DNA of 64,000 bases. It comes from an uncultured Acidobacteriota bacterium (GTDB lineage: Bacteria > Acidobacteriota > UBA6911). Made by a program: the position numbers and the translations under genes. The notes under the pieces were generated by a model, which was given only the letters and a program-made list of their open reading frames with translations, searched no databases and was not told the origin of the DNA. Of the stretch, positions 48,161-58,391 are shown piece after piece (within the stretch, counting starts at the first letter, position 1; each line of letters begins with the position of its first letter). The stretch spans positions 256,001 through 320,000 of the forward strand of contig CAWJKZ010000014.1 of NCBI GenBank assembly GCA_963843575.1, written 5' to 3'.

Positions 48161-49771
48161 ATGAAAATGGACAAACTCATCTCCCTCTGCAAACGGCGAG
48201 GCTTCCTCTTCCAGTCGAGCGAAATCTACGGCGGCCTCAACGGCTTCTGGGATTACGGTCCGCTGGGTGTGGAACTCAAGAAGAACGTGAAGGACGCCTG
48301 GTGGCGGGACATGGTCTCTGGCCATGACGACCTTGCAGCCCCGGAAGGCGCACCCGAACCCTACGAGATGGTCGGACTCGACACGACGATCATCATGCAC
48401 CCGCAGGTTTGGAAGTGCTCGGGCCACTTCGACCTGTTCGTCGACAAGATGGTCGACTGCCGCGAATCGAAGAAGCGTTACCGCTACGATCAGGTGCCCG
48501 GGCGCTGGGTGGAAGCCAGAGGACAGCGCGTATTTGTCTGCACCTCCGCCGAGGAGGACCTCGAAGCCGACATCGAGCGTCGCGCACTCAAGTATCTCAA
48601 CCTGCGGGCCAAGGATGCCGCCGAGCTGGCGTGGGCAGGTCCGCTGGTCTACCTGTCGACGTTGGAGGTGGGCGACTACGACAAGGTGCTCGGGCCCGAT
48701 GCGAAGACCGCCGGCACCCTGACCGCCCCCCGCGATTTCAACCTCATGTTCAAGACGTATGTCGGCGCCCTGTCCGGAGAGGAAGGCGCGGCCTATCTGC
48801 GACCGGAGACCGCGCAAGGCATATTCGTCAACTTCCGGAACGTCCTCGACAGCACCCGGGTGCGCGTGCCGTTCGGCATCGCGCAGATGGGCAAGAGCTT
48901 TCGAAACGAGATCACTCCCCGCAACTTCACCTACCGATCCCGCGAGTTCGAACAGATGGAAATCGAGTTCTTCTGCCGCCCCGACTCCTCGCCGGGCTGG
49001 TACCGCTACTGGCGCGACCGACGCCTGAAGTGGTACAAGGACCTCGGGCTGGCGGGTGACCGCCTGCGGCTGCGCGAACACGGGAAAGACGAGCTCAGCC
49101 ACTACTCGTGCGGCACGTCGGATATCGAGTACGCCTTCCCCTTCCTGCCGCAGGGCGAGTTCGGCGAGCTGGAGGGAGTTGCCCACCGCGGTGACTTCGA
49201 CCTGCGCAGCCACATGGAAGGGAAGCTGGCCGCGAAGGACGGCGCGCTGGTGGTCGAGCTGGGGCCGGACGGCAGGCCGAAATGGAAAGGGTCGGGGAAA
49301 GACCTGTCCTACCGCGACGACATCAGCAACGAGCGCTACGTGCCGCACGTCATCGAGCCGTCGGCCGGCGCCGACAGAGCCACCCTGGCTTTCCTGTGCG
49401 AGGCATACCACGAAGACCAAGCACCGGATGAAAACGGCGTCCTGCAGAGCCGCGTCGTGCTCCGTCTGCACCCGAGGATCGCGCCGATCAAGGCCGCGGT
49501 CTTCCCGCTCGTGAAGAAGGAAGGGATGCCGGAGATAGCCCAGCGTCTCTATCGAGCTCTGAAACCCCACCTGACCGTCTTCTACGACGAGAAGGGAGCC
49601 GTCGGACGGCGCTACCGACGTCAGGACGAAGCGGGCACGCCGTACTGTATCACGGTCGACGGCCAGACGCTCCAGGACGCGACCGTCACCGTCCGGGACC
49701 GCGATTCCCTCCGCCAGTGGCGCGTGCACGAATCCGACCTGTTGCAGGACCTCCGCACCCGCCTGGCCTAG
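48161..49771 (+). CDS. glyQS: Glycine--tRNA ligase, alpha2 (archaeal/eukaryal-type)
   Basis: LCKRRGF, YLRPETAQG, FRNEITP, REFEQMEIEFF, VIEPSAG and RRYRRQDE.GTP motifs. Confidence 0.96.
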   Translation: MKMDKLISLCKRRGFLFQSSEIYGGLNGFWDYGPLGVELKKNVKDAWWRDMVSGHDDLAAPEGAPEPYEMVGLDTTIIMHPQVWKCSGHFDLFVDKMVDCRESKKRYRYDQVPGRWVEARGQRVFVCTSAEEDLEADIERRALKYLNLRAKDAAELAWAGPLVYLSTLEVGDYDKVLGPDAKTAGTLTAPRDFNLMFKTYVGALSGEEGAAYLRPETAQGIFVNFRNVLDSTRVRVPFGIAQMGKSFRNEITPRNFTYRSREFEQMEIEFFCRPDSSPGWYRYWRDRRLKWYKDLGLAGDRLRLREHGKDELSHYSCGTSDIEYAFPFLPQGEFGELEGVAHRGDFDLRSHMEGKLAAKDGALVVELGPDGRPKWKGSGKDLSYRDDISNERYVPHVIEPSAGADRATLAFLCEAYHEDQAPDENGVLQSRVVLRLHPRIAPIKAAVFPLVKKEGMPEIAQRLYRALKPHLTVFYDEKGAVGRRYRRQDEAGTPYCITVDGQTLQDATVTVRDRDSLRQWRVHESDLLQDLRTRLA

Positions 49772-49803
49772 GCCGCTGTCGGCGGGTGCGCCATCCCCCC
49801 GGG

Positions 49804-50574
49804 TCAGGCCGGCCGGTCGCCGCCGCCCGCATCAAGCAGCCTTTTCATCAGGGTGTAGGACTTCAGCCGTTTCTCGAGGTGGTATTCCAGCAGTTTTTCC
49901 GTGAGCCGCTCCAGCGCCCGCAGGTCCGCCTTTGCCGGCTCTCCCGCCGCGAACCGATCGGGAGGCAACGCAAGCGCCGCGCGCAGTTGCGCTGCCGCGT
50001 CGGCAGGGATCCGGATTCCCACCGAGCCGCTGCATTCCGGACAGCGGCCTTCGCCGGACTCTATCCACGCGTGGAACCCGGAGTCCGCTACCGACCGCCC
50101 GCAGCTTGAGCAACGGTCGTAGTTCGGCAACAGACCATTCAGTTTCAGCGCCCAGAGTTCGACATAACGCACCAAGGCGTGGCCCGCGCCGGCTTTCTGA
50201 CCGGCAGCAAGCGCCGCGATCATGAGCCGGAAGAAACTCTCGTTGGCCTGATTCTCCTCGACGAACTCCTGCGCCAGCTCGGCGAGGTAGGTATAGACAT
50301 AGAGCTGCTCCAGGGTGGGGCTGCGTCCGAGGAACGAGTGCACAAGCTCGCATTGCCGAATCCTGCACAGCTCCGCGCCCTCGCGCAGATAGAACCGGAC
50401 CCGGATGTGGTTCAGGGGTTCCAGGGCGGCCCCGAGCATGCTTTTTGGCTTCTTCACTCCCTGCGCGACCCCCCGCACCTTCCCGAATTCACGGGTGAGC
50501 AGCACGACGATCCGGTCGGCTTCGGAGAACGAGTACTGGCGCAGGACCAGCGCTTCGGCGTCATGGATGGGCAT
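49804..50574 (-). CDS. recO: DNA repair protein RecO
   Basis: EALVLR....EADRIV.LLTREFGK...VAQG; Zn finger CSSC...CPEC. Confidence 0.93.
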   Translation of the reverse strand: MPIHDAEALVLRQYSFSEADRIVVLLTREFGKVRGVAQGVKKPKSMLGAALEPLNHIRVRFYLREGAELCRIRQCELVHSFLGRSPTLEQLYVYTYLAELAQEFVEENQANESFFRLMIAALAAGQKAGAGHALVRYVELWALKLNGLLPNYDRCSSCGRSVADSGFHAWIESGEGRCPECSGSVGIRIPADAAAQLRAALALPPDRFAAGEPAKADLRALERLTEKLLEYHLEKRLKSYTLMKRLLDAGGGDRPA

Positions 50575-51174
50575 AGGTCAGGGGCAAGTCGAACCTGAGT
50601 TCCACGCCGTCTGCCGTACGAAGACCTCGGAGGGTCAAGAGGGCTGTCTTTCATCCACGACGCGGCCAGGTCGCGATCGACGCGGAAGAAGACGAACCCG
50701 CCGCGCTCTTCCGCCGGTGCGATGCGGGTGTGCCGGAACATCGCCGCCTCGAGACGTGCGTGGGCAGTCTGGTCGGCGTGGACCGTCAGGACCTTTATGC
50801 CGCGGCGCTTGTAGTACTGCTTCAGGATGCGGTCGGGGCCGAGCGCAGCGTGGTCGCGCTGTCCGGCACTTAGGCTCCAGCGGGCCTTTTCGCAGCTCAC
50901 CACCGCGTCCCGACTGTTGCGCACCGCCACCCAGACGGCCGCGATGCCAAGCTCGGGGAGGTTGTCGTCGAACAATTCCAGGTAGGCGTCTTCGCCCGCG
51001 ACCGCATGCGCCTCGAGTGTGACGTCCGTCGCGCGACGCGCGCGCATACTCCCCGGCCTCAAACGAGGGGACGCTTGCGGGGACGTGCAGCGAACTGCAG
51101 GAAAGTCCGCCGAGCGTGCAGGCGACGAGCAGAGCCGCCCCAATCCAGGCCGCCGCTCTTGCGCCGCTTGCCAT
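50561..51174 (-). CDS. Hypothetical lipoprotein; 2 apparent frameshifts
   Basis: Signal peptide with GLSC lipobox; the reading frame can be pieced together to a TGA overlapping the recO start. Confidence 0.55.
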
Positions 51175-51177
51175 ACT

Positions 51178-51972
51178 TCACTCCGCAGGATGGGGCAGGG
51201 GCACTTCCTCGGCGGTTCGGCGTCGCCGCAGCAGCGAGTAGCATCCGCATCACCATTCCCGAAGCTACGTAGATCACGGCCGTGATCAGCAGGGTCCAGT
51301 CCGACTTGGCATAGATCAGGGCGAACAGCGAGCCCGAGCACCAGGATAGTGAGGTGGGACTTCTTTCCGAGCGTCAGGTACTTCAGGCTGCTGTATTTGA
51401 TCGTGCTGACCATCAGGAACGACAGCAGGAAGACTCCGGCGGCGACCAGCCAGCCGCCGACGATACCGCCCCCCACCTGTTGGCCGCCGACGAAGTGCAC
51501 CACGGCGGCGACCGTGCCGCCGGCGGCGGGGATAGGCAGCCCGACGAAGTGCTTCAGGTGCCCGGCCTGGATATTGAAGCGCGCCAGCCGCATCGCCCCG
51601 CAGATCGTGAATGTGAAGGCGGCGACCCAGCCGACGCGCGGCGTGACCTCCGCCAGCCCCCAGACAAAGGCCAGGATCGATGGGGCGATGCCGAACGATA
51701 TGACGTCGGCCAGCGAGTCGAGCTGCAAGTCCGAAGCCGGTCGCGGAATTCGTCATCCGTGCGATCCGGCCGTCGAGCATGTCCAGGATGATCGCGATCC
51801 CGATGGCCTGAGCCGCGTGGTCGTAGTGCCCGCGCATCGTAGCGATGATGGCGTAGTACCCGCAGAACAGATTTCCTACCGTGAAAAGGCTGGGCAGTAT
51901 GAAGACACTGCGTCCCAGCCTCCGTCTGCGGCCCGACGGTCGACCGCCGGTTGCCTCGGGACCTTCATTCAT
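51178..51972 (-). CDS. pssA: CDP-diacylglycerol--serine O-phosphatidyltransferase; frameshifted
   Basis: LPSLFTVGNLFCG, D.LDGRIAR, LDSLADVISFG.AP and RLARFN motifs; adjacent to psd. Confidence 0.93.
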
Positions 51973-52604
51973 GCGTGTTCCCCTATAATCGATGTGCCGC
52001 CCTTGACGCGATCGCCGGCCCGGACGACCACCCGGACTTCCTTCGGCAGCAAGACATCCACCCGGGAGCCGAACCGGATGAGCCCGAAAAGCTCTCCACG
52101 TTCAAGCAGGTTGCCCGGCTGCTTCCAGCACACCACGCGACGAGCGATCAAGCCGGCGATCTGTTTCACGACGATCGGGCTTCCCTGCCCCCGAATCGTC
52201 AGGACGTTCTGTTCGTTCACGTGGGAGGCTTCGTCGTCGTAGGCCGCCTTGAAGCGCCCGCGCCGGTATTCGAGCTTCTCCAGCAAGCCGGCCACGGGTG
52301 CGCGGGTCACGTGCACGTTGAAGATGTTCAGAAATATGCTGACCGCGTGCCCTCCCGCGAGTTCGGAACCCTCCGGCAGCTCGCTGATCTTGACCACCTT
52401 GCCGTCGGCCGGCGACACGATCAGCCTCTCGCCCTGCGGTATGTCGCGGTGCGGATTGCGGAAAAAGAAGGCGACAAACAGCGCCAGCGTCAGTGCCACG
52501 GCCGCCACCGCCACGCCGCCCAGCAGCAGGGCGAGCACGGCGACGGCCGCCAGGGGCACAAGAAACCGATAGGCGTCACTGACGACAGGCATGCGGGAAG
52601 CCAC
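51969..52604 (-). CDS. psd: Phosphatidylserine decarboxylase proenzyme
   Basis: FFRNP.R, SPADGKV, IFNVH and IRFGSRVD (self-cleavage site) motifs. Confidence 0.95.
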   Translation of the reverse strand: MASRMPVVSDAYRFLVPLAAVAVLALLLGGVAVAAVALTLALFVAFFFRNPHRDIPQGERLIVSPADGKVVKISELPEGSELAGGHAVSIFLNIFNVHVTRAPVAGLLEKLEYRRGRFKAAYDDEASHVNEQNVLTIRGQGSPIVVKQIAGLIARRVVCWKQPGNLLERGELFGLIRFGSRVDVLLPKEVRVVVRAGDRVKGGTSIIGEHA

Positions 52605-52680
52605 AAGTTCCCCTCAGAACCGTGCCGGAAGGGGCACGCGAAGAGATTTTCGACAGACTCGCCGGTCGAGGGCGGTGGGC

Positions 52681-52926
52681 TCAGCGGCCCGCGGTCATCT
52701 CCTTCCGGTACTGCTGAAGCATGAGGTACATCTGGTCCTTAAGCATCAGCTTCTTTTTCTTGAGCGTGATCTCCTGGATTTTTTCTTCCTCGGTAAGATA
52801 ATGGCGGCTGCTCAGCTGGTCGAGTTGCTCGGCATAGGCATGATGCTCCGCGGCCAGCCTGCGAAACTCCTCGTTGTTGACCATCAGTTGTTCGCGCAGC
52901 TCTGCCTCACCAAGTAGAACACTCAT
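52681..52926 (-). CDS. DUF465/YdcH-like small coiled-coil protein
   Basis: EFRRL..EH...L....YLT.EE.....LKKKKL.LKDQM pattern. Confidence 0.8.
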   Translation of the reverse strand: MSVLLGEAELREQLMVNNEEFRRLAAEHHAYAEQLDQLSSRHYLTEEEKIQEITLKKKKLMLKDQMYLMLQQYRKEMTAGR

Positions 52927-52998
52927 AGCTTGTCCCCTCCGTTTCAAACATCGTGATTCGCCAGGTCTATGAATTATGTGTTAAACAAATCACTGCGC

Positions 52999-54116
52999 TC
53001 AAGGCAAATCCCACTGATCGGAAACCCTCAGCCGGCTGCGCTCGCGATGGCGGTCGAACCCGAGCTCGACCAGGCGGCCGACGAGCTTCTCAAACGGCAC
53101 GCCCGATGCGGCCCACAGCTTGGAGATACATGCTGATGGGCGTGAAACCGGGCATGGTGTTTATCTCGTTGAGCCACACGTCGCCGGTCTCGCGGTCCAT
53201 GAAGAAGTCGACCCGTGCCAGCCCCGAGCCGTCGATGGCGCGGAAAGCGCGCAGCGTGACGTCCCGTATCTGCTCGGACTTCTCCGGTGCAATCCCGGCC
53301 GGGATGACGAGCCGGCTTTCCGAGCTGACATACTTCGCCTCGTAGTCGTAGAACTCATGGGCGGGGATGACCTCCCCGACGACCGAAACCCCGGCATCGT
53401 CGTTGCCCAGGATGGCGCACTCGAATTCCCGGGCGTTGATGCCCTGCTCGACGAGCACCTTGGAGTCGAACTGGGCGGAGTACATGACGGCGTCGTCAAA
53501 CTCGGCCGGCCCGTGTATTTTGCGCACCCCGACCGACGAACCCAGGTTGGCGGGCTTGGAAAAGACCGGGTACGGAAACTGTGCTTCCACGGCGTGCCTC
53601 GCCTCGCCCAACAGGGCCGGCAGATCGCGTGAGCGCACGACCGTGAACGGCGGCACCGGAAGGCCCGCCTGAACAAACAGGCGCTTCATGACGTCCTTGT
53701 CCATCCCGACGGCGGACGCCAGCACGCCGCACCCGACGTAGGGGACGCCGGCCATCTCCAGGAGGCCCTGGATCGTGCCGTCTTCGCCGTAAGGCCCGTG
53801 CAGCAGGGGGAATATGATCTCAGGAGAGGAATCCCCAGCGGCTTCCGCTGCCGCCGTGATGAAACGCAGCCCGGAGGTGCGGGACACCAGCTCACCATAG
53901 GTCGCGACCCGGTCCCTGCACCTCGGCAGGCAGCATCGCCCGCACCTCGGGCGGGCTGGCCAGCTTCCCCTGGCGGGTGATGCCTATCGCGGTGATCACG
54001 TAGTCGTCGGGGCTGAGCGCACGGATCATGGAGGCCGCGGACGTCAGCGAAACCTCGTGCTCCCCCGATCTCCCCCCGAACAGAATCCCGAGCTTAATTC
54101 TACGGCCGTTTCCCAT
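52999..54116 (-). CDS. ddl: D-alanine--D-alanine ligase; 2 frameshifts
   Basis: [30 protein letters not shown] and [10 protein letters not shown] motifs. Confidence 0.94.
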
Positions 54117-55083
54117 CCCCGTTCCCTTCCGGGCGGATCTCGCTCTCCGCGTGTTCCTGGTAGGCTTTTATGATAAGGCGCACAAGGTGATGGCGCACCA
54201 CGTCGGACTCGTTGAAATAACAAAAAGCCAGTCCTTCGACTGACTCGAGAATGCTGCGCGCCTCCACCAGGCCGGAGTTGCGGCCGAACGGCAGGTCGAT
54301 CTGCGTGACGTCGCCCGTGATCACCGCCTTCGAATGCATGCCGATGCGGGTCAGAAACATCTTCATCTGCTCGGAAGTGGTGTTCTGGGCTTCGTCGAGG
54401 ATGATGAAGGCATCGTTGAGAGTGCGACCACGCATAAAGGCCAGCGGAGCGATCTCGATGATTCCGTTCTCGAGAAACCGCTGAATCTTCTCGCCGTCGA
54501 GCAGGATATAGAGGGCATCGTACAGCGGCCGCAGGTACGGATTGATTTTCTCCTCGATGTCTCCGGGCAGGAATCCCAGCTTCTCGCCGGCCTCAACGGC
54601 CGGGCGGGTCAGGATGATCCTCGACACCCCTTTCTCGAGCAGGTAGGTCAACGCCATCGCGACCGCCAGAAAGGTCTTGCCGGTTCCCCCCGGTCCGATG
54701 CCGAACACGATGTCGTTTTTGCGGATCGCGTCGATGTACCTGCGCTGATTCAAGCTCTTGGGAGTGACTTGCCGCTTGCCCGTCGTCAGCAGCTGCATCT
54801 TCGGGAAAAAATCGTGGAGCGAGAGGGCAGTGTCTTCCGCGATCTGTTTGAACGCGGCTTTCAGATCGCCGTTGGTGATCGAATGTCCTTTGTCGACCAG
54901 GGCGGAAAAATCGACAAGTATCTTTTCCAGAGCGTTTACATCACGCTCGTCCCCGTCGATGGTGAGGCCCGCGTCCCGTGCCTGTATCGTGACTCCGAAG
55001 AGATTTTCGAGGAACCGGATGTTTTCGTCGAGGGGTCCAAAAAGGAGCTGTACGCTGCGATCGGAGAGCAGAACTTTTTTCAT
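54100..55083 (-). CDS. PhoH-family ATPase
   Basis: [30 protein letters not shown] and DEAQN motifs. Confidence 0.95.
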   Translation of the reverse strand: MKKVLLSDRSVQLLFGPLDENIRFLENLFGVTIQARDAGLTIDGDERDVNALEKILVDFSALVDKGHSITNGDLKAAFKQIAEDTALSLHDFFPKMQLLTTGKRQVTPKSLNQRRYIDAIRKNDIVFGIGPGGTGKTFLAVAMALTYLLEKGVSRIILTRPAVEAGEKLGFLPGDIEEKINPYLRPLYDALYILLDGEKIQRFLENGIIEIAPLAFMRGRTLNDAFIILDEAQNTTSEQMKMFLTRIGMHSKAVITGDVTQIDLPFGRNSGLVEARSILESVEGLAFCYFNESDVVRHHLVRLIIKAYQEHAESEIRPEGNGDGKRP

Positions 55084-55192
55084 CTAAAAGTCGTGTGTAC
55101 CTCGTTGTTCGATTGGTGGAATAGGGATGGGGCAGCCGACCGGCCGCTGTGGACGGGCTACGCCCGTGGCAATCGCTCGCATGTCCAACGAA

Positions 55193-55265
55193 ATTGTAGG
55201 CTTCCCGCGACAATTAAGTCAAATGCAAAATAGGGTTTGACATGGGTTATAAACCATTGTAGAGT
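55193..55265. promoter_or_regulatory. Back-to-back promoters for phoH (-) and rpsT (+)
   Basis: Minus strand: TTGACT(55222)-18-TACAAT. Plus strand: TTGACA(55237)-17-TAGAGT. Confidence 0.6.
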
Positions 55266-55334
55266 AAGGGTTTTTATTAGCAACCCGGACCCGTCTGGCC
55301 CGGGTCCAAACGAGACTGGCAAGGAGCGGATTCG

Positions 55335-55619
55335 ATGGCAAACCATGCGTCGGCGTTGAAGGCGCACCGACAGAGTGTAAAGCGGCACACCAGAAACCGA
55401 AGCAACCGTAGCGCTTTGAGGACCGCGATCAAGCGCTTCAACGAGTTGTTGAGCGAAGGGAAAGCGGAAGAGGCCAGGAAGTCCATCCCGGCGCTTTACG
55501 AGGTGGTCGACAAGGCGGTCCAGAAGAAAGTCCTGAGTCCGAACGCTGCCTCCCGGCAGAAGTCGCGACTGACACGGCATGTGAACGACGCCGTCGCGAA
55601 TTCGACTACCGCCTCCTGA
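55335..55619 (+). CDS. rpsT: 30S ribosomal protein S20
   Basis: MANHASALK..RQ...R...N..S.LRT..K and N.ASRQKSRL motifs. Confidence 0.96.
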   Translation: MANHASALKAHRQSVKRHTRNRSNRSALRTAIKRFNELLSEGKAEEARKSIPALYEVVDKAVQKKVLSPNAASRQKSRLTRHVNDAVANSTTAS

Positions 55620-55703
55620 ATCCCCCCTTCGAAACCGAGTGACCGCCCCTGGGGAAAACCATCGGCCGGGGGCGGAGCCTGCCCGGGCTTGCATCACCCG
55701 GCA

Positions 55704-56702
55704 TCACAATGAGCAGATCAGCTTCTCGAGCAGCATCCGGGGATCCCCTGCCGAAGACTTGAAGCGACGGTCCAGCGCGGCCAGTTCCCCATAAAGTCGC
55801 GCTGCCGTCTTGCCATCCATCAGCCGGAGGTGGCGCAGAAACGCGTCGCGGATATTCGGGTAGGCGGGCACTTGGGCAGCATCCGCCGCCTCCTGCGGGC
55901 GCCGACCCTCTTCCAAGACATCCCTGGCGATCAGGATCTGGCGGAAGTGCCGGGCCATCATAGCCGCGACGCCGATCGGGCTTTCGTCCGCATCAAGCAG
56001 GTTCGCCAGTATCTTCAAGGCCAGCGGCTTGTTGCGGGCGCCTAAGGCATCCGTCAACTCGAAGATGCGATGCTGCCGGCTGCCCTGTACCAGGTCGTCG
56101 ACTGCCCCCGGGGGGACTTCCTTCGACTTGCCGGCATAAAGCAGCAGCTTGTCGACCTCATGCACCACGGTTTCGAGACTGGAACCAGCCAACTCGATCA
56201 CCTTGTCGAGACACGCGGGGCTGATCGTGTGTCCGCTTTGCCGGACATAGTTCCCCGCCCAATGCTTCAGCGCCTCGCCCCTCAGCGGCGGGAATTCGAC
56301 CGCACAGGCCGAATCCCGCACGGTGCGGTACAGGACGGTGCGACGGTCGATTTCGGTCCCGACGAGCACGACCACGGTCTTGACGGCCGGCGCGTTCAGA
56401 TAGCCGATCAGCGCGTTCCGGTCTTCTTCCTGGATTTTTTCGACATTCCTGACCACAACCATCCGATGGGGCGCCATCATCGGGAAGGTGTTAGCTGCCG
56501 CCAGGAATTCCCAAGCCGGGTCGTCCGGGAGACTGAACTCGGCGTAATTCAGCTGCATGAGGCCTTCCGGTACGACGCTCTCCTTCAGCAGGACGAGTGC
56601 CTGTCGCACTAGGTACTGCTCCGGACCAAACAACGCGTATACAGGACGCAGCCCGTGGCGGGCAAGATCCGATTTCAGGGCTTCGATGCCGGTTATCTGC
56701 AA
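55704..56702 (-). CDS. holA: DNA polymerase III delta subunit
   Basis: PVY.L.G.E.YL, PMMA..R.V, E.DKL.LY and IFELTDAL; lptE-holA-rpsT context. Confidence 0.9.
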   Translation of the reverse strand: MQITGIEALKSDLARHGLRPVYALFGPEQYLVRQALVLLKESVVPEGLMQLNYAEFSLPDDPAWEFLAAANTFPMMAPHRMVVVRNVEKIQEEDRNALIGYLNAPAVKTVVVLVGTEIDRRTVLYRTVRDSACAVEFPPLRGEALKHWAGNYVRQSGHTISPACLDKVIELAGSSLETVVHEVDKLLLYAGKSKEVPPGAVDDLVQGSRQHRIFELTDALGARNKPLALKILANLLDADESPIGVAAMMARHFRQILIARDVLEEGRRPQEAADAAQVPAYPNIRDAFLRHLRLMDGKTAARLYGELAALDRRFKSSAGDPRMLLEKLICSL

Positions 56703-56731
56703 GGCGTGGCTTCCGTGCGGCGCGCGGGTGA

Positions 56732-57274
56732 TCAGCGATTCAGCATCGTGCTGACCAAGCTTGCTGCGAACTCGCGTGAGAGTCGTTCGAGCGCCGGATT
56801 CTCTTCCGAGAAGAACTCCGTCACATTGCTGTTAAGAACATACCGTTCACGGAACAGGAAATCGGGGTTCTGCCAAAGCACGGCCGAGTCCTTGCCGCGC
56901 ACGAGCTTTACCGCGACCTGAACGGTGACGAGAAACGTCGACGCAAAGGTGTTGTTGCCGAAGGTCACCGGAGTGCTGCTGAACGAAAGGATCTCGCCAA
57001 CCAGAACCGCATCGACCCCTGTTTCGCTCGAATTCACCGGAACGCGCGTCCTGGTGGACAACTCCTTGAGCACGGCCCCGGTGACCCGCTGCTCCAGCCT
57101 GTACTGGGACGTGAGGTTGCGAAACGTCGGCACCCCGAGCGACCCGATGCCGGCCGGGAGGCTCTTCACCGATCCGGTGACCTTATAACCGCAGCCCGTG
57201 CCGCCCAGAAAAACCAGGGCGGCGAGGCAGCGCAGCAACGGGCGACTGCGCGCGGTGCATCGACTGATCATCAT
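56732..57274 (-). CDS. lptE: LPS assembly lipoprotein LptE
   Basis: Lipobox GCGY, LP..I..L.VP.F.N.T motif; upstream of holA. Confidence 0.82.
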   Translation of the reverse strand: MMISRCTARSRPLLRCLAALVFLGGTGCGYKVTGSVKSLPAGIGSLGVPTFRNLTSQYRLEQRVTGAVLKELSTRTRVPVNSSETGVDAVLVGEILSFSSTPVTFGNNTFASTFLVTVQVAVKLVRGKDSAVLWQNPDFLFRERYVLNSNVTEFFSEENPALERLSREFAASLVSTMLNR

Positions 57275-57825
57275 ACCTTGGCAACCTGAATGCTTTGTTG
57301 GGCCTGATATTTTCCTTTTTTGTCCGCATAGGACGACCGGCACTCGTCCTGCGCCCACAGCAGGACCATCTGGCCTATCCCCTCACCGGCATACACTTTG
57401 ACGGGAATGGGAGCGACGTTGGCCAGCGAAATCGTGATGTATCCTTCCCATTCGGGTTCGAGCGGGGTGACGTTGACGATGACGCCGCAACGGGCGTAGG
57501 TGGACTTGCCTTGGCACAACGCCAGAACTCCGCGCGGGATCTTGAAGTACTCCAGCGAACGCCCCAGGATGAACGCGTTGGGCGGGATCAGGCAGCTCCG
57601 GGCACGCCGGTCGTCGAAGCGAATGCGGTCGATTTTCTTCGGATCGATGTGTTTTATCCCGGCTAGGCAGGGGACCTTGAATTCGTCCGACAGACGGAAG
57701 TCGTATCCGTAAGATGAGATGCCGAAGGAGATCTTCCGCATCCTGCGCCGCCCTTCTGCGCAGGGCACGATCATGTCCCGGGTCTTCGCCATGCTTCGTA
57801 TCCAGTGGTCCGGCAGCACACCCAT
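57271..57825 (-). CDS. dcd: dCTP deaminase
   Basis: SSYGYD.RL, GKSTYARCG.IVNVTPLEPEWEG and KGKYQ motifs. Confidence 0.95.
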   Translation of the reverse strand: MGVLPDHWIRSMAKTRDMIVPCAEGRRRMRKISFGISSYGYDFRLSDEFKVPCLAGIKHIDPKKIDRIRFDDRRARSCLIPPNAFILGRSLEYFKIPRGVLALCQGKSTYARCGVIVNVTPLEPEWEGYITISLANVAPIPVKVYAGEGIGQMVLLWAQDECRSSYADKKGKYQAQQSIQVAKV

Positions 57826-58055
57826 CGCAGCGCCCCCCAGCAGCCCCTCCGACACAGCGGGACCAGTCTTTGAAAGGCGCGAGTCTAGCACCGAAGGCCC
57901 ACCGTGTAAACGAGGGGAAGCGGGTGGCCCCCGCCAGGGGCATACGCCGTCGACCGAGGTCGGACACGCCCGGCCCGCCCGCGTCGGGCAGAAATGCCTT
58001 GACAGCCTTTGCGGCCAGCAAATAAAATCATTGCACTAACTTATGGAGGGTCAGC

Positions 58056-58358
58056 GTGATAAAACAGGACATCGTGAACCGCGTCGCTGAGCAGTTGAAC
58101 ATCACGAAGGTCAAGGCGGAAATTGCGGTGGAATCTGTCTTCACATCACTCAAGAACGCGCTGAAGCGTGGTGAGAGGATCGAATTGCGCGGTTTCGGCG
58201 TATTCATCGTGAAGCCCCGCAAGAGTGGCGTCGGGCGGAATCCGCGCACCGGAGAAGAAGTCGCAATCCCTCCTGGAAAGACGATTCGTTTCAAGCCGGG
58301 CAAAGAGATACGAGCCGACAAGATCGTCACGGCAGCCGGCGAAAGTCCGCTGCAGTAG
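58056..58358 (+). CDS. HU/IHF-family DNA-binding protein
   Basis: IELRGFGVF, GRNPRTG and FKPGK motifs; TTGACA-18-TAAAAT upstream at 57999-58028. Confidence 0.95.
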   Translation: MIKQDIVNRVAEQLNITKVKAEIAVESVFTSLKNALKRGERIELRGFGVFIVKPRKSGVGRNPRTGEEVAIPPGKTIRFKPGKEIRADKIVTAAGESPLQ

Positions 58359-58391
58359 AGGCCCTTCCGGTGATAGAAAGTCCCATATTTC

